From Vibrio cholerae ATCC 14035 (GTDB lineage: Bacteria > Pseudomonadota > Gammaproteobacteria > Enterobacterales > Vibrionaceae): DNA of 32,000 nt. Positions 25,669-32,000 of the stretch are shown here, piece by piece (positions within the stretch are counted from its first letter, which is position 1; each line of letters opens with the position of its first letter). Both the position numbers and the translations under genes were made by a program. The stretch lies in assembly GCF_000621645.1 (NCBI RefSeq), contig NZ_JHXR01000010.1:146483-178482 (forward strand). The letters are read 5' to 3'. The notes under the pieces were generated by a model. It was not told the DNA's origin. It did not search any database and was given only the letters and a program-made list of their open reading frames with translations.

Positions 25669-27543
25669 TTATGCGCCGATGACACCGCCGTCTTCACGGG
25701 TGATCATCATGATGGTTGAACGAGGTTTGCTTGTACCACCGTAAGGGAAATGCGATGGAGCAGCCTCTTCACCCGGATGCTGAACACCAACAAACATGGT
25801 TTTGTGATCAGGGCTGAAGGTTAATCCCGTGATCTCACACGCAATAGGACCTGTTAAGAAGCGTTTCACTTCACCTGTGATTGGGTCACCACACAGCATT
25901 TGGTTATTCCCCTGCCCAGCAAAATCACCTTGGTTAGAGTAGTTACCATCGGTTTGGATCCACAAGCGACCTGCAGTGTCAAAACCAATCCCATCAGGGC
26001 TGTTAAACATATTGTCAGCCGAAATGTTTTCGCTACCTGCGTACAGGGTGCCTTTGTGAACGGTTGGATTACCTGCAATTAAGTAGAGGTCCCAAGCGAA
26101 CACATCACTGGTGTGATCACCCTGTGCTGGCATCCAACGAACGATCTGCCCGTAGTTATTCTTCTCGCGTGGATTCGGGCCACCAACAGGTTGACCTTCT
26201 TTGCCACGGTTTTTGTTGTTGGTGAGCGTACAGAACACATGCTTTTTATCAGGATGCACGGCCACCCATTCTGGTCGATCCATGGTCGTTGCGCCCACTT
26301 GGGTCGCCGCACGACGAGCAAAAATCAGCACTTCGGCTTGATCTTTAAATCCGTTTTCAGGAGTGAGGCCATTCTTGCCAAAGCTCAGCTCCATCCAGCG
26401 TCCGCTGCCTTTCAGTTCGTTTTCATTGATATCGAACTTAGCGACATACAAGGTGCCCTCTTCCAGCAGATTACGGTTTTGCTGATCATTACCGGCTTGA
26501 TAGCGATGCTTGGAAACGAATTTATACAGATGTTCGCCGCGTTCATCATCACCAAGATAAACCACCACATGGCCATCATTATTAATCACCAGTGCCGCAT
26601 TTTCATGTTTAAAACGACCAAGAGCGGTACGTTTCAGTGGTGTAGAGTTCGGATTATGTGGATCAATTTCCACAACCCAACCAAAGCGGTTTGGCTCTTT
26701 AGGGTTCTTGGTTATGTCGAAACGCGCATCGTGCTTATGCCATTGGTAATCACTAGGTTCAGCAGCAATTCCGTAACGCTTCTGATCAGCATCGACACTG
26801 CCTTCTTGGTCCGCACCAAAGAAATCATCGAAGTTTTCTTCACAAGTGAGGTAAGTGCCCCAAGGAGTTTCACCATTCGCACAGTTATTGAAAGTACCCA
26901 GCACTTTTAATCCGCTAGGATCTTCAGCCGTTTTCAGCAGATCATGGCCTGCAGCAGGACCGGTCATCATCATTGGTGTATAAGCGGTGATCCGACGATT
27001 ACGTTCACCTTGACGGTCTACCATCCACTGACCATTTTTACGTACCACTTCAACAATGGTGACACCGACTGCCGCTTGCGCTTTACGTACGTCATCCGCC
27101 GTCATCGCTTTACCTTGATGATCAAACAGATACTCGTAATTGGTGTATTCATTGTTGATCGCGAGCACACCGCGATCTTCGCTGATCGGGAAAAAGCTCA
27201 TGCCATCCGTATTATCGCCAAACTGCTTCTCTTGTGCTTTTGAGTCTTGCTTGCCGCTTTGGTCAAATTCTGGCGCATTCGCAAAAATAGGATCGCCCCA
27301 AGACATGAGTGGAGTGGCTTTATAGCCTTTAGGCACAATCACTTTATCTTCTGTTGACACAGGGATTGCTGAGAAATTCAGTAGGTTTGATGTGGCAGGC
27401 GCAGCCACCGCACTCGCAACCGGATTTAAGGCTAAAAACGCGCCGGCACTCACTGCCGCACTGCCCGCCAAAAAATGGCGTCTAGACAGTTGCGCTTCAA
27501 TCATTTCACTAAACTGGGATTCTTGCTCATCACGCTTCCACAT
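25669..27543 (-). CDS. phoX: PhoX-type (DUF839) Tat-secreted alkaline phosphatase
   Basis: Twin-arginine signal SRRHFLAGSAAVSAGAFLAL. The beta-propeller PhoX body shows NCANGETPWGTYLTCEEN, GWVVEIDP, DRPEWVAV, SPDGIGFD, GPIACEITG. AAGGAG lies 6 nt upstream of the ATG. Confidence 0.9.
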   Translation of the reverse strand: MWKRDEQESQFSEMIEAQLSRRHFLAGSAAVSAGAFLALNPVASAVAAPATSNLLNFSAIPVSTEDKVIVPKGYKATPLMSWGDPIFANAPEFDQSGKQDSKAQEKQFGDNTDGMSFFPISEDRGVLAINNEYTNYEYLFDHQGKAMTADDVRKAQAAVGVTIVEVVRKNGQWMVDRQGERNRRITAYTPMMMTGPAAGHDLLKTAEDPSGLKVLGTFNNCANGETPWGTYLTCEENFDDFFGADQEGSVDADQKRYGIAAEPSDYQWHKHDARFDITKNPKEPNRFGWVVEIDPHNPNSTPLKRTALGRFKHENAALVINNDGHVVVYLGDDERGEHLYKFVSKHRYQAGNDQQNRNLLEEGTLYVAKFDINENELKGSGRWMELSFGKNGLTPENGFKDQAEVLIFARRAATQVGATTMDRPEWVAVHPDKKHVFCTLTNNKNRGKEGQPVGGPNPREKNNYGQIVRWMPAQGDHTSDVFAWDLYLIAGNPTVHKGTLYAGSENISADNMFNSPDGIGFDTAGRLWIQTDGNYSNQGDFAGQGNNQMLCGDPITGEVKRFLTGPIACEITGLTFSPDHKTMFVGVQHPGEEAAPSHFPYGGTSKPRSTIMMITREDGGVIGA

Positions 27544-27769
27544 TGGGGGCTCCTTGACTTTATGTTTATATCCTGAGCATTCAGGTTAATTAGATGTTGC
27601 GCAAGAGTAGCTGCCCAAGATGACTGCTCGGTGAAATTTCTGTTGCTAAAACATGACAATACAAAGAACGAGACTAAAGAGTTATGCAACTTTTTAACTA
27701 TCTCACTAGGCACACTCTAATAACTTGTACTACTTTTTCTCTAGCTGTCGCTCTTTAATCAACTGGTTG

Positions 27770-27893
27770 GATACCGAAACGACTTGAGTTTACTGGCCGG
27801 TGGCAAGTGAGAGCAGTGCTCTGCACGGGATCACTTTAATACGACGAGAAACGTGTATTCCACGGCCGATTCATGTCATGTAGAGGTAGAGAA
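27770..27893 (+). repeat. Divergent ERIC-like element
   Basis: The left ~45 bp, ATACCGAAACGACTTGAGTTTACTGGCCGGTGGCAAGTGAG, is about 80% like the ERIC left arm. The length is about 124 bp. The right end CATGTAGAGGTAGAGAA resembles CTTCAAGTAGGAAGGG only loosely, and the core has diverged. Confidence 0.4.
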
Positions 27894-27951
27894 CCTTTTT
27901 TAATACCACCACCCTACTTGGCACTATGCATCAAGTAGATAAGGAGTTTTT

Positions 27952-28512
27952 ATGCACAAATCTCTGGCACTCTTCATTCTTGCTAGCCTTCCGGTTATGG
28001 CCAACGACTACCAAGCCGAGCTCACTCAATACGTTCAAACTGAATTAAAGCAAATCTCTGCCGATCCGCTGATTATCGAAGCAATAAAACTACAAAATGC
28101 GAAAAATGCTAACCTCACACAAAGTGAAATTGACCAATTGGATAAACAGTGGCGTGCTGAGGTGGGTCAAAGTGACACCCCAATGATCCAGTCCGTATTG
28201 AATACGCCAGCCTCACAAAAGCTGATGGAGATTCAAAACGCCAGTAACGGCAAGATTACCGAAGTATTTGTAATGGATAATAAAGGCCTGAATGTTGCGC
28301 AGAGCGAAGTCACCTCTGACTATTGGCAGGGTGATGAAGCCAAATGGCAAAACACCTACTCAAAAGGCGTTGGAGCATTTGATATCAGTGACATTGAAGA
28401 GGATGAATCCACACAGGTATTTCAAGCTCAAGTGAGTTATACCGTGGTAGATCCCAGTTCAGGCGAAGCTATTGGTGCTATCACAGTCGGCATTAATGTT
28501 GACGCATTGTAA
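27952..28512 (+). CDS. Secreted stand-alone PDC/Cache-like (periplasmic sensor-fold) protein; family assignment tentative
   Basis: Signal peptide MHKSLALFILASLPVMA. AAGGAG RBS. A helical N-terminal part is followed by ITEVFVMDNKGLNVAQSEVTSDYWQGDEAKW...AQVSYTVVDPSSGEAIGAITVGINV, a pattern I associate with single-Cache/PDC domains. Confidence 0.55.
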   Translation: MHKSLALFILASLPVMANDYQAELTQYVQTELKQISADPLIIEAIKLQNAKNANLTQSEIDQLDKQWRAEVGQSDTPMIQSVLNTPASQKLMEIQNASNGKITEVFVMDNKGLNVAQSEVTSDYWQGDEAKWQNTYSKGVGAFDISDIEEDESTQVFQAQVSYTVVDPSSGEAIGAITVGINVDAL

Positions 28513-28581
28513 TACTCCACCGAAATCCCAAGCTTGAAGTAGCAGACAATCTCACTGCGACTTCAACTCGATAAGGGATAA
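28513..28581 (+). repeat. Short ERIC-derived hairpin (both arms, central part missing)
   Basis: CCAAGCTTGAAGTAGCAGACAATCTCACTGCGACTTCAACTCGATAAGGGATAA. The arms CTTGAAGTAGCAG / CTGCGACTTCAAC resemble the ERIC arms, and the right end resembles CTTCAAGTAGGAAGGGTATA. Confidence 0.4.
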
Positions 28582-28609
28582 GACTCATACACATTGGTTA
28601 GGTGAGCTT

Positions 28610-30175
28610 ATGAAGTTAAGCATTAGTCGTATTCTTTTGCTGAGTGTTTCTATTCTTTGCACCCTTGCGCTGTTGTCCCTGACTTATTTGACTTGGACGA
28701 AAAGCGTAAAAGAGATGAACACCATCAGTGCTGAAACTTTCGAGAAAACGTCACTTTCTCTGGCTGATAATATTGCGACTGCCGTTCGTTTTAATAAAAC
28801 CAGCGCAATTTCGGAGCGGGTGGCCATTGAACTCAACGCAAATCCAGTTCAACTCAAAAATGTGTATACCTTCAACGCCAAGGGGCAAGTGCTGTATAAC
28901 GCCAAAAATACTAGCGATACGGCCACCAGCCTGAATCAATGGGTAACTCAACCACCGTCCGATCAAGCTGTTCGCAAAAATACCGATGGCCATGAAGGGC
29001 TCCTAATTATCGTGCCGCTCAAAGCTGGGAAAAATGCAGATTTAGTCGGCTATCTCGTTACAGAATGGGGGTTCGATCAAGTTCAACAAGTCGCATCACA
29101 ATTACGCAATCAAGCGTTTATGCTCAGTATTGGCTTTCTCTTAGTGACCTTAATAGCCATTTACTGGCTATTACAACGTACATTGATCGCACCTTTAAAT
29201 GATTTAAAGGTGCTTTGTCATGCTCTGGCAAGCGGTAGTTGTGACCTAAGCTCACGAATCAACTTTCGTAAGGACAATGAGCTCGGTCAACTGGCTAATG
29301 CCATTGATGATTTTATCGCAAAAGTGGAAAGCACCTTTGCACCTATCAAAGACCGAATCGTGGAAGTCACGGATGTCAGCCACAAAGTTGAGCAACAAAT
29401 TGGTCGTTTAGAGCACAACATACATAATCAACAGAGTGAAATTTCCAATTCAGTCGCTATCGGTCATCAAAGCCAAGACAGCATCAAAGCGGTGACAGAG
29501 AGTATTTATGCCGCCTCCGAGTCTTTAAAACAGGCTGTCACCAGCAGTGAAGACAGCAAAGCTCAGCTCCGCGAGGCGCAAACCCAAAATCAACAACTGG
29601 TCGAAAAAGCAGAAATCACCACAAAAACCGCGACAGAATTGAATACACAAGTCGAAAAAGTGACCGATATCTTACAAATGATCCGCAGTATCGCCGAGCA
29701 AACCAACCTTTTGGCACTGAATGCCGCCATTGAGGCAGCCAGAGCAGGAGAAAATGGCCGCGGTTTTGCCGTCGTAGCCGATGAGGTGCGCCACTTGGCT
29801 GAAAAAACGTCCGCTTCAACCAATCAAGTTGAAACGCTATTAACTCAGCTCTCGGGTTACTCAAGAAACCTGATTGGCTACATGGAAGAGAGCTTGGTAG
29901 CGGCGAGAAATTGCGTAGCGGCGATTGAAAGCGGTTCAAATTTGGTCGATAAAGCGATTATCGATGTTAATCAAGCCAATAGCACCAACCAAAATGCAGT
30001 GCATGATAGCGAGCAGCAGAATCGTTTAGTTGAACAACTGCTCGAGCAACTGCGTTTGTTGGACAACCATGCCCGTGAACTATTAACGGATAGCGCAACG
30101 ATAAGTGAGCACAGTAAAGAGCTACTCCGCTCCGCAAGCCAGACCCGCAGTAACCTCAAGCAACTTTCACATTAA
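28610..30175 (+). CDS. Methyl-accepting chemotaxis protein (two TM helices, periplasmic domain of about 150 aa, HAMP, MA domain)
   Basis: Highly conserved signalling hairpin [42 protein letters not shown]1 [20 protein letters not shown] and TM2 [19 protein letters not shown]. Confidence 0.9.
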   Translation: MKLSISRILLLSVSILCTLALLSLTYLTWTKSVKEMNTISAETFEKTSLSLADNIATAVRFNKTSAISERVAIELNANPVQLKNVYTFNAKGQVLYNAKNTSDTATSLNQWVTQPPSDQAVRKNTDGHEGLLIIVPLKAGKNADLVGYLVTEWGFDQVQQVASQLRNQAFMLSIGFLLVTLIAIYWLLQRTLIAPLNDLKVLCHALASGSCDLSSRINFRKDNELGQLANAIDDFIAKVESTFAPIKDRIVEVTDVSHKVEQQIGRLEHNIHNQQSEISNSVAIGHQSQDSIKAVTESIYAASESLKQAVTSSEDSKAQLREAQTQNQQLVEKAEITTKTATELNTQVEKVTDILQMIRSIAEQTNLLALNAAIEAARAGENGRGFAVVADEVRHLAEKTSASTNQVETLLTQLSGYSRNLIGYMEESLVAARNCVAAIESGSNLVDKAIIDVNQANSTNQNAVHDSEQQNRLVEQLLEQLRLLDNHARELLTDSATISEHSKELLRSASQTRSNLKQLSH

Positions 30176-30184
30176 GATGAGTGT

Positions 30185-30299
30185 TATAAACCAACGACTT
30201 GGGGTTACTGGTAGGCGGGAAGTGAGTTCATCCCTACGAACTTAGATACACTCTATGATTCGGTTGAACGCATCAATCACGCCAAGAAGAAAGCGCTAT
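30185..30299 (+). repeat. Degenerate ERIC element abutting the stop codon of the downstream convergent gene
   Basis: TATAAACCAACGACTTGGGGTTACTGGTAGGCGGGAAGTGAGTTCATCCCTACGAACTTAGATACACTCTATGATTCGGTTGAACG... aligns along its length with the copy at 12916-13042. Confidence 0.6.
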
Positions 30300-31132
30300 G
30301 CTGCATGCACCAAGTGTGGAGCCAAATTTATCAATTCATCGACAATTTCTTTGGCCTGCTTTGAGTAAATTAGCTTATCTTTTGCGCCAACCAACTGGAT
30401 GTAACGAACTTTGCCAGACAGTATCATTTGTCGCAGGACACGTAATACCACTTGATTGTCCAGAACCTTATGGGTTTCCAAACCGTTCCCAGGGACTAAA
30501 GAAGCAAGGTCAATATTGATCACCAACTGCTCACAGTGTTCGATATAAACACTCAGTTGGGCTTTGAGTTGAGTGCGATTTAAAAAACCGCACTCTTCAT
30601 GACTGACCCAATCGCACCCCAGATCCTCGGCATACTCTAAGGTCTGGGCGTGGGTGTGCTCTGTATCAATCCCAATACAAAACAGCTTAGCTTGTGCAAA
30701 GCGCGATAAAGCAAAGTGAAAAGCGCTGCCCACTTGCAAATCCAGTGTTTGCTTAAGTTCAAAGCCATGTCCGATATGCACCATTCCTACACTGGCACCG
30801 TCTTGCGTTAACGCAGGCAAACTGTGCAAGAGAATTTCATGGCAGTTAGCAAAAGCAACAGGAATAACTCCCAACGCCACGGATTGATTCAAGGCTTGTT
30901 GGTATTTAGCCTGAGTTTGGCCATCCAACACATAATGACTGGCATCGGCGTATTTCGGCGTAGATTGCTGCTGATACAACCAATCTGAAGCGACATCCAA
31001 GCTTTGCTGCGCAAACTCAAACTCTACCAGCGACATCGGCTTTACGCGCTGACACACGGTCATAAAGCCAAACGTAGACGTTGGATGACTGGATGTACGA
31101 TGTAAACGGTAGCGTTTGAATAAGCTAAGCAT
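30296..31132 (-). CDS. Arginase/formimidoylglutamase-fold-like protein with non-canonical metal-ligand motifs (tentative)
   Basis: By-eye correspondence to ureohydrolase blocks. VAFANCHEIL sits where GGDHS/GGGHE is expected. MVHIGHGFEL sits where DAHxD is expected. LVINIDLASL sits where SxDxDxxDP is expected. The start is probably the ATG at 31132 (GAAAGG 9 nt upstream). The track TTG at 31138 directly follows the IclR stop. Confidence 0.45.
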   Translation of the reverse strand: MLSLFKRYRLHRTSSHPTSTFGFMTVCQRVKPMSLVEFEFAQQSLDVASDWLYQQQSTPKYADASHYVLDGQTQAKYQQALNQSVALGVIPVAFANCHEILLHSLPALTQDGASVGMVHIGHGFELKQTLDLQVGSAFHFALSRFAQAKLFCIGIDTEHTHAQTLEYAEDLGCDWVSHEECGFLNRTQLKAQLSVYIEHCEQLVINIDLASLVPGNGLETHKVLDNQVVLRVLRQMILSGKVRYIQLVGAKDKLIYSKQAKEIVDELINLAPHLVHAA

Positions 31133-31138
31133 GATCAA

Positions 31139-31873
31139 TTACCTTTCTGGTGGCAACGCCCGTGCGGCTTGCAATACATGTAAAATTATCCGTTGCTTGT
31201 TGCTTTCGACTCGGTGGGCTGGAGCCATCACCGAAATTGCACCAATCAACTTACTCCCTTTCATCACCGGAGCACTGATCCCCGAAACACCGGGATCAAT
31301 TTCAGAGGTACTCACGGCATATCCATGACGACGTATTTTTTCAAACTCGCTCTGCCACTTGTCTAACGTCGGATCTTCGCCAAAATAACGCAGGATCTTT
31401 TCACAACGAGCTGCAGGCATGTACGCCAACATTACTTTAGATGAGGCACCTCGAAGCAGTGGTTGACTTTGACCCTGGACGAAGCTGCATCGAAGCGCCT
31501 GCATACTTTCTCTTTGGCTAACGCATAGGGCTCGATAACCGACAGGCACCATATACGCGGCCATTTCCCCAGTCTGTTTTTGTAGACGACTTAACACAGC
31601 TTCAACCGCATCGAGGTTATGTTGGCTGGTTTCGTAACTTCTCATCAGCAGCAATGCCGCTGGACCGATGATCAAGGTTTTGTCGTGCGGGCTCTCTTCA
31701 ATCAAGTTCCACTCTTTCAGCAGCTTCAAATGTCGATACAGGCTACTGAGCGGTACTTGCAGTTGTTCACTGAGTCCTTTTGCAGAGACTGGTTCTGGGT
31801 TTACTGCGACTTGCATCAGCAATTGCAGTGATTTTTCATTAACTTGGTTTGCTGAAATCTTTGTTTCGTTCAT
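31139..31873 (-). CDS. IclR-family transcriptional regulator
   Basis: N-terminal wHTH VSAKGLSEQLQVPLSSLYRHLKLLKEWNLIEE. C-terminal effector domain GYAVSTSEIDPGVSGISAPVMKGSKLIGAISVMAP. Confidence 0.85.
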   Translation of the reverse strand: MNETKISANQVNEKSLQLLMQVAVNPEPVSAKGLSEQLQVPLSSLYRHLKLLKEWNLIEESPHDKTLIIGPAALLLMRSYETSQHNLDAVEAVLSRLQKQTGEMAAYMVPVGYRALCVSQRESMQALRCSFVQGQSQPLLRGASSKVMLAYMPAARCEKILRYFGEDPTLDKWQSEFEKIRRHGYAVSTSEIDPGVSGISAPVMKGSKLIGAISVMAPAHRVESNKQRIILHVLQAARALPPER

Positions 31874-32000
31874 GTGTGCTTTTTAGCCTTTAATGGTGGG
31901 CACCTCAAATCTTGATTCTTGTATATCGAGAAATAGAGAAGAATTAAAGGATTGCATTCCCAATCAGTGAGAATGAGAGAGAAATTGAGCAAATTAACCA

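Noticed and set aside
26113-26910. 265-aa plus-strand ORF antisense to phoX
   Set aside because: The phoX frame has a Tat signal and family motifs throughout. The antisense ORF is the kind of long open frame often seen opposite a real gene, and it has an odd composition (Ile/Phe/His-rich).
27625-27660. Pho box upstream of phoX
   Set aside because: On the minus strand there is only one good TGTCAT half-site (TTGTCATGTTT), followed by poor repeats (TAGCAAC, ATTTCAC). There is no properly spaced -10. PhoB control is expected from the literature, but I cannot support a site from sequence alone.
1-32000. Genomic/defence island, prophage, integron cassette array or CRISPR locus
   Set aside because: There is no integrase, recombinase, tRNA/tmRNA attachment site, phage structural gene, restriction/abortive-infection hallmark, attC/VCR-type repeat array, or regularly spaced direct repeats. 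The repeats present are ERIC elements.

Overview
The window reads as ordinary chromosomal DNA of a Vibrio cholerae-type genome. From memory, unverified, the gene order matches the small chromosome near VCA0029-VCA0061. That order is: DEAD-box helicase, lpp, L,D-transpeptidase, phr/merR/ybgA, deoD, a GGDEF pair, yiaWV-like pair, tricorn-like protease, plzD, gltS, DUF368, SCO1/PCuAC, sstT, PAP2, HDOD, phoX, MCP, IclR. I support about 29 protein-coding genes, 7 ERIC-type repeat copies or remnants, and several intrinsic terminators. I found no rRNA, tRNA, CRISPR array, integrase, intact IS element or phage/defence hallmark genes. I do not see a clear new multi-gene system such as a defence island. 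The best candidates for undescribed biology are four. (1) 6588-11254: a Cys-rich InsA-like Zn-ribbon/HTH protein, followed by an overlapping pair of TPR-like paralogues, one with a degenerate GGDEF and one with an intact GGEEF. (2) About 19282-19448, minus strand: a promoter-to-terminator unit of about 165 nt upstream of gltS (candidate sRNA or leader), next to a perfect 21-bp palindrome. (3) A compact ybgA-merR-phr-L,D-transpeptidase unit with TGTACA repeats in its promoter region. (4) An arginase-fold protein with substituted metal-ligand motifs, tightly coupled to an IclR regulator. All family calls come from motifs I read in the supplied translations or translated myself; no database search was run.
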